NCBI GenBank assembly: GCA_963798915.1
Contig: CAWCVB010000006.1
Location: 1 to 64,000, forward strand
Direction of reading: 5' to 3'
DNA length: 64,000 nucleotides
Source: an uncultured Gemmatimonadales bacterium
GTDB lineage: Bacteria > Gemmatimonadota > Gemmatimonadetes > Gemmatimonadales > GWC2-71-9
The position numbers and the translations under genes are program-made. The notes under the pieces are model-generated. The model was not told the origin of the DNA. It did no database searches and saw only the letters and a program-made list of their open reading frames with translations. The stretch's first letter is position 1; each line of letters opens with the position of its first letter. Below are positions 7,641 to 15,935 of the stretch, piece by piece.

Positions 7641-10600
7641 GTGCGGACGCTCTCACCTGGCTGGTCCCGTGGTCTGTCTCGTGCCGTCGTTTTGCTTCTC
7701 CTCGGGCTGCTGCCGCTGGCCCTGAATGCCCAAGGGAATAGCGGCGGGAAGAGCGGAGGCGGGAGTATCGGGGGAGGGGGGATCCAGCCCCTCTGCGTCT
7801 CCGGCTGCCTGCCGGACTACGCCGTCAGTGTCACGCCCGATGGGGACGACACGCCCGACCGCAATGCGACGAGCGGTGGCTACTACGCCACCTTCTCCAT
7901 TCACAATAGCGGCCAACTGAATGATACGTATTGGCTGAACTGCTCGGCGACCGGTCCCGTGACTTGCGACAGTCTCAGCGTCTCGAGCCTCGCGGTGAAT
8001 GCGGGAGCTACCAAGACCGCCAGAGCCTGGTACTCAGTTGGCAACCCCGGCACCGGGACGGTCACGCTTCATGCCGAGGGCGAGGCCTCCGATGTGGGCT
8101 ACTACGATGTGCATGTGGTAACCCCGCCCGCGAGCCCGATCGTGCTGCTCAGGCCCTGGAACGGGGCGGTGCGGGACCTCTCGGCCTGCGTCAACGCCTG
8201 CTTCGAGAAAGTGGTGACCCACGCCACGCCAGCCTACATCTCGATGGACGTGCCGCGGTCGTTCGGGCTGACCTACGCCAGCGGCAGCGTGCGGCCCACG
8301 CCGGTCGTCTGGGTGGACGTGCTCCGGCCCAGCGGTGCCACCAGTCTCACCATCAGCCTGCAACGCGTCTCGTCAGGTCAGAACCTGACGCTTCTCAACG
8401 GGACGGCGGCGGCGTGGTACGCCGTCTCGGGCGACACGGTCCGGATGGCGGCTGCCTTCGATGCCGTGGCCAACAGCATCACCGCCTCCGGCGTCTACGC
8501 GATCCGGGTCACGGTGACCGCCAACTTTCCGACGACTTCCTCCAGCACCACGCTGACCACGACGGTACCCGTGGTCTATACCCATGGCGGGGCCTTCGGC
8601 GAGGGCGTCTGGCCCACCGGCCTGCCGCGGCTGGTGACGAATACGGACGCCGGTGGCAGTGCGCTGATCCAGTCGGATGGGTCCATCTTCTATTATGGCG
8701 CGGGCCATCCCGGCGGCATTATCGCGTCCCTGAGCGGCACGACGCTCACCGGACTGGATGGATCGACCGTCACCTTCAACGCCGCGGGCCTGCCGACGGC
8801 GGCCAGCGACCGGTATGGCAATGCCAGCCATTACTATTGGACCGCTGCCCAGCTCGACAGTATCAAGGATCCAATGGGGAAGCGCATCCGGCTCACCTAT
8901 GCAAGCGGGAAGCTGGCCACCGCCACCGATCCCGGCGGCCGGGTCACCCACTATACCATCAATGGCTCCAACCAACTGGCGGCCATCCAGGACCCCGACA
9001 CCGTGTCCACCCAGTTCGGCTACGACGCGCTGGGGCTGCTCACCACGCTCACCGGCCGGAACGGGGCGGTCTGGAAGACGGTCTACGATGAACTCCACCG
9101 GGTCAAGGCGGACAGCGCCCCCGCCGTGCTGCTCCACGACGGGACCACCAAGCGCCCAGCCGTGACGTATCTGGCCGCCGAGCGGGTGGTCTGGCAGCCC
9201 CAGACGGCGGGGACCTCGGCGGCGACCGCCAAGGCGGCGGTCAAGATCGATACCATCCGCGCCGATATCACCGGTCCGCTGGGTGCCCGGAGCCGGTTCA
9301 AGCTCGACCGGTTCGGCTCGCCACTGCTCGCGATCAATCCCCTCGGCGCCACGACGACCTTCACCCGCGACACGGCGGGTCGGGTCACCCAGACCATCGA
9401 ACCCAACGGGCATGTCACCCAGGTGACCTACGGGTACGAGAATATCCAGCAGGGCGTTCCGTACAATCCGTATGTGGTACAGGAGCAGAGGGATGCCAGC
9501 AAGGGCAAGGGCATCTTCTATAACTACAATACGAATCACGACGTTACAGTGATCGTTGGCAGCTATGGCGATTCCTGGATCCCACGGCGGGATTTCACGT
9601 ATGACACGCAGCACCGCCTCTCCACTGTCAAGATCGGCGGCAGCACGGTCGCTAGCGCCACCTACCATTACGACGCGATGAGCCGGGATACGTCGGTCAA
9701 GGATGCGGAAGGGCATCGGGTAAGAAAGGTCTACGATCTGGTGACCGGCAACGTCAAGGAGAGTTATGACGCGCTGGGCCACCGCACCCGGCGGCATTTT
9801 GACGCGCTCGGGCGTACCGACTCGGTCTATGCCCCGAACGGCGCGGTCAGTGGCACGCAGTATGGCATCCTGAACCAGATCCTGGCGGTCAAGAATCCGC
9901 TGGGCTATACCACCCAGACCAGGTACAACCCGGATCTTACGGTGCAGCGGATCATCGACGCCAGGAATCAGGTCTACAAGTTCAGCTATAATACGCTGGG
10001 GTGGCCCACCGCCCGGTTCGACCTGGCCGACACCACCAAGGCCGACTCGATGTGGTATGATGCGGCAGGACAGGTCAAGCGGACGAAGACCCGGCGCGGC
10101 AACGTGCTGCAGGCGCAGTATGACATTACCGGCCGGTTGACTGAGCTCATGTACCGGCGGCCGGGCGCCACCGTGGACACGGCGTATGCCATCTTCAGCT
10201 ACGATACGGTCGGCAAACGCGTCCGGGGCTGGAACTGGAATCAGACCGACTCACTGGTGTACAACTACCTGGGGCAGCTCACCGACCATTGGATGCGGCA
10301 GGGCACGGAAATGTTCCAATGGGTCTACCAGTACGATAGCCAGGACCGCCTCACCACGCGTCTCCTCTCCCAGAACGGCACGTCGGTGTCGGCGGGCACG
10401 CTCTCCCGGTATTTTGACAGTTACGGCCAGCTGAACTCTATATCCGCCGCCGGGGTCACTGTCCGGTTTGATCGCACGACCGCCGACTCGCTGCCCACCA
10501 AGCAGGTGATCAATCCCGGCAGCGCCGGCAGCTGGTGGATGAGTTCGGTCCTGGACAGCGCGCACATGCCCGTCCGCGACTCGCTATCCATCTCTACCCT

Positions 10601-12131
10601 CGACGACAGGTATGGAAAGATCATTCAGCATGATTCTTTGGGTCGGCTCGCCTCGACTGATCCATACAACTACTTGGGCGGCCGCCGGTATCGCTATGAT
10701 GCGGCGGGACAGTTGCGCCAAGCCTGTACCCAGATCGCGACCTATTGTATTGGTGCCAACGGTACAGACGCGTTGACTGAAGACGCCTATAGCTATGATG
10801 CCACAGGCAATCGCACCGACACCGCCGCCACCACAACCACGGTCATCGGTGCCGGTAACCGCGTGACGCAGTTCAAGGGCTTCGCGCTCAGCTATGATGC
10901 CGACGGCAACATCCTCTCCAAGAGCGGCAATGGGGAATCCTGGACCTACACCTGGGACCCGTTCGACAAGCTGACCGACGTGACGTTGAACGGCGTCTTG
11001 GTCTACCATTTCGTCTATGACGCCTTCGGTAACCGGGTCAATCGCTGCACCAATGCGGGCTGCTCGGCGGGCGAGCGGCAGATCAACGACGGCAGCCAGT
11101 TCATCCTGGCCCGGAATGGCAGCAACGTGGTCACCGACGCCTACGGCTTCTATCCCGGCGGCGACCAGCCGATGAGCCTCAAGCTGGCGAGCGGCCGGAC
11201 CGGCGTCTTCCTCACCGATCCCCAGCTGCGAGGCACCGTGCGCGCCATTGCCGACGCCGACAAGAACGCGACCAACGTCGAGTTCAAGACCTATGACGTC
11301 TCGCCCTGGGGCGAGGTGGCGGCGGATACCGGCACGGTGACCCGGCTCCGGCTGGCGGGACAGCAATATGACCAGGGATCGGAACTCTACTACATGCGAG
11401 CGCGGTACTATGATCCGGAACTGGGGCGGTTTCTCTCCGAAGATCCGATCGGGATCAATGGGGGTTTGAATCTCTACGCCTATGCCGGGAATGATCCGGT
11501 CAACATGTGGGACCCGAGCGGGACAAGCGGCATGGGACCAGGGCCCTCGTGCGTGCGCGGTGGGCCGCCATGCGAACTACCGGATGTCGTCGTTCCCAAC
11601 CCTCCCACGGACATCGTGACGATTGCGCCTGGAGTGCGGTCGGGTTCCTATGGAGGATCAGGGTATCCTGGAAAAGGCGGTCAGGCACCATGGCAAACGG
11701 GGGATGACGGGGCCGGGACGCCGAAGCAGTCGTGTGAGCGCCTGTTTGTTCAATTCGCGACCAACGTTGCGATTGACGCAGCCCTCGGAGGATTGGGCGG
11801 TGTTGCACATGGCATTGAGGCGATTGGCCACTCCAACGCCTTGCTGCGGGTTGGAGCGGAAAGCCTGAATGATGCGAGAGCATTCCTGAGGGCCGGCAAT
11901 CCTGGCACGGCGGCGGTGTTTGAGGCGAATGGCCTGAGGCTACTCGCGAATGGAGGGGCGCTCAGCGCCGAGCGGCTCGAAGGGGAACAGTTGCTCGCGC
12001 GTGGCGTGGCAGGATCGGCCCACAGCTTCGCAACAGCCAAGACCCTTTTTGATGTGGCCGTTTCGTTCATCCCTTACGGTGCCTCAGCTGTCAGTGGTTA
12101 TGAATGGGTGAGGAAATGCGTAATCAAGTAG
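7641..12131 (+). CDS. Rhs/YD-repeat protein with Sec signal peptide, N-terminal Ig-like domain and C-terminal putative toxin (~1,496 aa)
   Basis: N-terminus MRTLSPGWSRGLSRAVVLLLLGLLPLALNA|Q; many YDxxGR-type repeats; Rhs core LYYMRARYYDPELGRFLSEDPIG..GGLNLYAYAGNDPVNMWDPSG; ~201-aa variable tip after 11525. Confidence 0.93.
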   Translation: MRTLSPGWSRGLSRAVVLLLLGLLPLALNAQGNSGGKSGGGSIGGGGIQPLCVSGCLPDYAVSVTPDGDDTPDRNATSGGYYATFSIHNSGQLNDTYWLNCSATGPVTCDSLSVSSLAVNAGATKTARAWYSVGNPGTGTVTLHAEGEASDVGYYDVHVVTPPASPIVLLRPWNGAVRDLSACVNACFEKVVTHATPAYISMDVPRSFGLTYASGSVRPTPVVWVDVLRPSGATSLTISLQRVSSGQNLTLLNGTAAAWYAVSGDTVRMAAAFDAVANSITASGVYAIRVTVTANFPTTSSSTTLTTTVPVVYTHGGAFGEGVWPTGLPRLVTNTDAGGSALIQSDGSIFYYGAGHPGGIIASLSGTTLTGLDGSTVTFNAAGLPTAASDRYGNASHYYWTAAQLDSIKDPMGKRIRLTYASGKLATATDPGGRVTHYTINGSNQLAAIQDPDTVSTQFGYDALGLLTTLTGRNGAVWKTVYDELHRVKADSAPAVLLHDGTTKRPAVTYLAAERVVWQPQTAGTSAATAKAAVKIDTIRADITGPLGARSRFKLDRFGSPLLAINPLGATTTFTRDTAGRVTQTIEPNGHVTQVTYGYENIQQGVPYNPYVVQEQRDASKGKGIFYNYNTNHDVTVIVGSYGDSWIPRRDFTYDTQHRLSTVKIGGSTVASATYHYDAMSRDTSVKDAEGHRVRKVYDLVTGNVKESYDALGHRTRRHFDALGRTDSVYAPNGAVSGTQYGILNQILAVKNPLGYTTQTRYNPDLTVQRIIDARNQVYKFSYNTLGWPTARFDLADTTKADSMWYDAAGQVKRTKTRRGNVLQAQYDITGRLTELMYRRPGATVDTAYAIFSYDTVGKRVRGWNWNQTDSLVYNYLGQLTDHWMRQGTEMFQWVYQYDSQDRLTTRLLSQNGTSVSAGTLSRYFDSYGQLNSISAAGVTVRFDRTTADSLPTKQVINPGSAGSWWMSSVLDSAHMPVRDSLSISTLDDRYGKIIQHDSLGRLASTDPYNYLGGRRYRYDAAGQLRQACTQIATYCIGANGTDALTEDAYSYDATGNRTDTAATTTTVIGAGNRVTQFKGFALSYDADGNILSKSGNGESWTYTWDPFDKLTDVTLNGVLVYHFVYDAFGNRVNRCTNAGCSAGERQINDGSQFILARNGSNVVTDAYGFYPGGDQPMSLKLASGRTGVFLTDPQLRGTVRAIADADKNATNVEFKTYDVSPWGEVAADTGTVTRLRLAGQQYDQGSELYYMRARYYDPELGRFLSEDPIGINGGLNLYAYAGNDPVNMWDPSGTSGMGPGPSCVRGGPPCELPDVVVPNPPTDIVTIAPGVRSGSYGGSGYPGKGGQAPWQTGDDGAGTPKQSCERLFVQFATNVAIDAALGGLGGVAHGIEAIGHSNALLRVGAESLNDARAFLRAGNPGTAAVFEANGLRLLANGGALSAERLEGEQLLARGVAGSAHSFATAKTLFDVAVSFIPYGASAVSGYEWVRKCVIK
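11013..11525 (+). repeat. Rhs core repeat copy 1 (other copies at 12675-13140, 14128-14640 and partial 18340-18429)
   Basis: Direct comparison: 11060-11278 is identical to 12675-12893 (offset 1615); copy 3 is colinear at offset 3115. Confidence 0.95.
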
Positions 12132-12210
12132 CCACGTTCAAGACAGGGAACAACGTGCGCTGGGTGACATCACATGGCGATTTCCGGAGACTGGAATTGG
12201 AAGTGGCTCA

Positions 12211-12606
12211 GTGACCGACAAGACTTCCGAGACCGTGCGTGCTCGCGCCGCCGCCGGAGCTTGGCGAGGACTGCGATGGGGTGCGCTCCTAGCTCTATAT
12301 GTAAGTGTCATGGATGTGATTGGCAAAGGGCGCGCGCTCAGAGACTTGAGCGCGTCTCTGCCTGCTCTGATTTGGGCCTATTTGCTGGGAGGAATGTTGG
12401 CAGGAGCACTGCTCGCTGCCCTGCGGCCGCTCAGGCGAGCGTGGTGGGGTCGGCTGGCGAGCGGCATAGTCGCTGGCACGGTCGGTGGATTCGTACTTCT
12501 CGTGGCATTGCGGCCGGAAGGTTCGCTCGCCGTGAAAGTCGCCAGCGCACTCCTGTTCGGTCTAACGGTTGGCGGCCTGAGCGGGCTGCTCTGGCTGCGG
12601 CGCTGA
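12211..12606 (+). CDS. Small multi-pass membrane protein, putative immunity protein for Rhs-CT1
   Basis: 131 aa, ~4 hydrophobic Gly-rich helices, directly downstream of the toxin tip. Confidence 0.6.
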   Translation: MTDKTSETVRARAAAGAWRGLRWGALLALYVSVMDVIGKGRALRDLSASLPALIWAYLLGGMLAGALLAALRPLRRAWWGRLASGIVAGTVGGFVLLVALRPEGSLAVKVASALLFGLTVGGLSGLLWLRR

Positions 12607-13749
12607 TTGGGCACGAATATCGCCCCGCCTGAGGGACTCAGCTACTGTCGTGCGGCGCGCTGCACCTCGGCGATCTGCTCGGCGGGCGAGCGGCAGATCA
12701 ACGACGGCAGCCAGTTCATCCTGGCCCGGAATGGCAGCAACGTGGTCACCGACGCCTACGGCTTCTATCCCGGCGGCGACCAGCCGATGAGCCTCAAGCT
12801 GGCGAGCGGCCGGACCGGCGTCTTCCTCACCGATCCCCAGCTGCGAGGCACCGTGCGCGCCATTGCCGACGCCGACAAGAACGCGACCAACGTGGAGTTC
12901 AAGACCTACGCCGTCTCGCCCTGGGGCACGGTGGCCGCGGATACCGGGACGGTGACCCGGCTCCGGATGGCGGGCCAGCCCTACGACCAGGGGTCGCGGC
13001 TCTACTACATGCGGACCCGGTACTATGATCCCGAGTTGGGGCGGTTTCTGTCCGAAGACCCGATCGGGATCGCGGGTGGTTTGAATCTGTATGCCTATGC
13101 CGGGAATGATCCGGTGAACATGTGGGACCCGAGCGGGACAAGCGCGACGGGGCCGGGCGACAAGTGCACGACTCCAAAGGGGCGTCCAGGTCTCATAGGA
13201 GCCGATGGTAATTCATGCGTCCTTTCACTGCCGGATATTGACGTTCCGTCCGGCGAGCCTCCTACGGACATCGTGACGATAGAGCCTGGAGTGCGGTGGT
13301 CAACGGGTTCCTATGGAGGATCAGCGTATCCTACGAAAGGAGGCCAGAAACCATGGCAGACGTCAGGGGATGGGAGTCAAACGGGATCAACACGACTCAG
13401 CGAGCCTTCATTCTGCTCGCAGTCATGGACTGAGACTTTCGAGGATGCCAAACGTGTCGGAGTACGCGGTGCCATAGTGGGAGCCGATGCTGGTGCTGTC
13501 ATTGGGTATATGGTTGGCGGAGGTGTCGGCGGTGCCGCCGGTGTGCTCGCTGCCGAAGGGCTCTCAAGTGGTCTTGCGATTCCTACGGCGGGAGTCTCCA
13601 CAATCGTGGCCTACTCCGTAGGAGAAAGCGCCGGAACTGCCGCGGGCGCATTTGCGGGTACACACATCGGTGCCATCGCAGGCGGCGTCATCGGAGGTGC
13701 GGGCAGTTTCCTCGGAACTCTTGGGGCGCGCTTGGCCTTCTGTAATTAA
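12607..13749 (+). CDS. Orphan Rhs core plus C-terminal toxin cassette 2 (glycine-zipper tip)
   Basis: Rhs core to DPSGT (13126-13140), then a 202-aa tip with GAIVGADAGAVIG..GAFAGTHIGAIAGGVIGGAG; no signal peptide or convincing start. Confidence 0.85.
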   Translation: MGTNIAPPEGLSYCRAARCTSAICSAGERQINDGSQFILARNGSNVVTDAYGFYPGGDQPMSLKLASGRTGVFLTDPQLRGTVRAIADADKNATNVEFKTYAVSPWGTVAADTGTVTRLRMAGQPYDQGSRLYYMRTRYYDPELGRFLSEDPIGIAGGLNLYAYAGNDPVNMWDPSGTSATGPGDKCTTPKGRPGLIGADGNSCVLSLPDIDVPSGEPPTDIVTIEPGVRWSTGSYGGSAYPTKGGQKPWQTSGDGSQTGSTRLSEPSFCSQSWTETFEDAKRVGVRGAIVGADAGAVIGYMVGGGVGGAAGVLAAEGLSSGLAIPTAGVSTIVAYSVGESAGTAAGAFAGTHIGAIAGGVIGGAGSFLGTLGARLAFCN

Positions 13750-13796
13750 TCATACCGCTGCTGAGTTCCCAATCTATCGCACGCAGGAGTGTACGC

Positions 13797-14054
13797 TTGT
13801 TTAAAGACACATCGGGAAACGCACCAACGGTTGTACGACTCGCAATTGTCTGGGGGTTGCCCTTCGGGGTGATCTTGGCGCTGACCACTTGGCCAATGAT
13901 GCATGAGAAGATTGCTCTTCCTGGTCACGCCAACGCAGCATTTGTGAAGTGGCTCATATACTGGATGATACTCGGATTGGCCATGGGCGTCGTGTGGGGA
14001 TGGGTCTTTCGCTGGCTTGCACACGCTCGCAAGGACAGGGAAAAGAATACGTAA
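13797..14054 (+). CDS. Two-TM membrane protein, putative immunity protein for CT2
   Basis: AGGAG RBS before TTG; 85 aa, two hydrophobic segments (LAIVWGLPFGVILAL; WLIYWMILGLAMGVVWGWVF), basic tail. Confidence 0.6.
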   Translation: MFKDTSGNAPTVVRLAIVWGLPFGVILALTTWPMMHEKIALPGHANAAFVKWLIYWMILGLAMGVVWGWVFRWLAHARKDREKNT

Positions 14055-14127
14055 CACTTGGCAGCACTTAATTCATCGACGAGCTGTCGGGATGCGAGAT
14101 CCCGGAAGGGAATGCCGGGCCGCTATT

Positions 14128-15216
14128 GTCTATGATGCCTTCGGCAACCGGGTGGCGGGCTGCACCACCGCCACCTGCTCAGCGGGCGAGCGGCAGATCA
14201 ACGACGGCAGCCAGTTCATCCTGGCCCGAAACGGCAGTGGAACGATCACCGACGCGTACGGGTTCTACCCGGGCGGGGACCAGCCGATGAGCCTCAAGCT
14301 GGCCAGCGGCCGGATCGGGATCTTCCTTACCGATCCCGCGCTTCGCGGCACCGTGCGGGCCATCGCCGACGCCTACCAGAACGCGACCAACGTGGAGTTC
14401 AAGACCTACGACATCTCGCCCTGGGGTGAGGTCGCGGCGGATACCGGCACGGTGACCCGGCTTCGGATGGCGGGGCAGCCCTACGACCAGGGCGCGCGGC
14501 TCTACTACATGCGGGCCCGGTACTATGATCCCGAGCTGGGGCGGTTTCTCTCGGAAGACCCGATCGGGATCAGCGGCGGCTTGAACCTCTACGCCTATGC
14601 CGGGAATGATCCGGTGAATAAGGCAGACCCGACTGGCACGTCGGAGCAGTGCGGATGGGCGTGGTTCGAATACACCTACCGCTATATTGAGGGTCCCAAC
14701 AAGGGCGAGATTAGCCGGACCGAATATGGCCAGGAGTGGGTGTGTGACGACATCGCCGGTCCTCCGGCAGCCGCGCCATCGGAGTATCCTGCCAAGGGAG
14801 GCCGCAAGCCGTGGCAGGAGGACGGGAACTTCGAAGGCTTTGGTGGCAAACCTCCCAAGCTGTCGGAGCGGATACATTCCTGCGTGGAGTCAGAGATGCT
14901 GTCTCCGGAGGAGGCAATGGCGGGTGCCGCCGCGTTCGCTCCAATCTCCAAGCGTGCAGTTGGGCTTAAGGTAGTTGGTGGTGCAAGTGAGTACACAAAT
15001 GCGGTCAGTTTGACGCGCTTCGTCACTGGCGATGTACATCTACCTGCAAAAATTGCCGGCTCACCGAGTCTGTTCGGCGCTGCCGGTCGCGTCGGCCCTT
15101 ATGCTGCGGCTGGAATGCTTCTATTCCAGGCATCTGAAGTCGTGGCTTGTGTTGACGCCGGTAGCAGCGCTTCAGGCAGTGGCTTTGGAGGGGCTGGAGC
15201 CGGCGGGGACTTTTGA
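14128..15216 (+). CDS. Orphan Rhs core plus C-terminal toxin cassette 3
   Basis: Homology to the rhs gene starts at VYDAFGNRV (14128); core ends DPTGT (14626-14640); 191-aa distinct tip. Confidence 0.85.
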   Translation, partial: VYDAFGNRVAGCTTATCSAGERQINDGSQFILARNGSGTITDAYGFYPGGDQPMSLKLASGRIGIFLTDPALRGTVRAIADAYQNATNVEFKTYDISPWGEVAADTGTVTRLRMAGQPYDQGARLYYMRARYYDPELGRFLSEDPIGISGGLNLYAYAGNDPVNKADPTGTSEQCGWAWFEYTYRYIEGPNKGEISRTEYGQEWVCDDIAGPPAAAPSEYPAKGGRKPWQEDGNFEGFGGKPPKLSERIHSCVESEMLSPEEAMAGAAAFAPISKRAVGLKVVGGASEYTNAVSLTRFVTGDVHLPAKIAGSPSLFGAAGRVGPYAAAGMLLFQASEVVACVDAGSSASGSGFGGAGAGGDF

Positions 15217-15263
15217 TATGGAATTTTATCGACTTCAGGGCACTCAGCTGGATGGTTCATTCA

Positions 15264-15515
15264 ATGGGTGATACGAAGCGCTCGATCATCCGCTCTGCTG
15301 TATATGATGTGCTGGCAGCCATCACGCTGCGAGCGACGAGTAATATCCACGACGAGGACGACCTGATTGCGGATCTGGCAATCGACAGCGATGATCTGTC
15401 CATGTGGATGATACCCGAGCTCGAGCGGCGACTAGGGCATACGACAAGCCAACGGGACTGGGATCACGTGGCGACGGTGCAAGACGTGATCGATGTGTTC
15501 GAGTCACGCCGGTGA
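15264..15515 (+). CDS. Acyl-carrier-protein-like protein in the immunity position (DUF1493-like candidate)
   Basis: DDLIADLAIDSDDLSMWMIPELERRLG..WDHVATVQDVIDVF follows the ACP pattern L..DLG.DS.D....LE..FG....TV.D. Confidence 0.6.
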   Translation: MGDTKRSIIRSAVYDVLAAITLRATSNIHDEDDLIADLAIDSDDLSMWMIPELERRLGHTTSQRDWDHVATVQDVIDVFESRR

Positions 15516-15613
15516 AGCTGGGTGACCGCGAGGTCTCAGGACGGGCGGGACTCGCCATGCCGAGCGGAGCATCAGCGGATGGCGCTGATATGAGACGAAC
15601 AGGCAGATGCTCC

Positions 15614-15935
15614 CGTAAGCTTCCCCGTCAAGGACACAGGCCGGAAGTAGACTCTCACGCGGCGATCGGCCTCGGCAAATAGGTCCGCGGCGGCACCCGG
15701 CCGAGGCTGCGATGGGGTCGCTCGCTGTTGTAGCGCTCCAGCCAGTCGTCCGTCACCTGGCGCACCTCAGCCAGTGAAGTGAAGACCCAGGCATCCAGGA
15801 CCTCGGTCCGATACGTCTTGTTGAAGCGCTCAATGAAGGCGTTCTGGTTCGGCTTGCCCGGCTGGATGTGCTGGAGCGTGATCCCACGCTGCGCGCACCA
15901 CGCCGCCAGGGCGACCGCCACAAACTCGGGGCCGT
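15614..15935 (-). mobile_element. IS3-family remnant A (transposase C-terminus plus right end)
   Basis: GPEFVA..IQPGKPNQNAFIERFNKTYRTEVLD..YNSERPHRSLG..PP; terminal sequence CGTAAGCTTCCCCGTCAAG. Confidence 0.9.

Noticed and set aside
7641..12131. Rhs as a T6SS effector or Tc toxin component
   Set aside because: Sec signal peptide, no recognisable PAAR domain, no vgrG/hcp/eagR or tcA/tcB genes nearby. A T6SS elsewhere in the genome cannot be excluded from this window.
11013..14640. Rhs core repeats as DGR template/variable repeats
   Set aside because: Differences are not confined to adenines and there is no reverse transcriptase gene; ordinary Rhs cassette homology explains them.
15264..15515. 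ACP of a fatty-acid or polyketide pathway
   Set aside because: No synthase neighbours, DSD instead of DSL, and the true acpP is at 55052.
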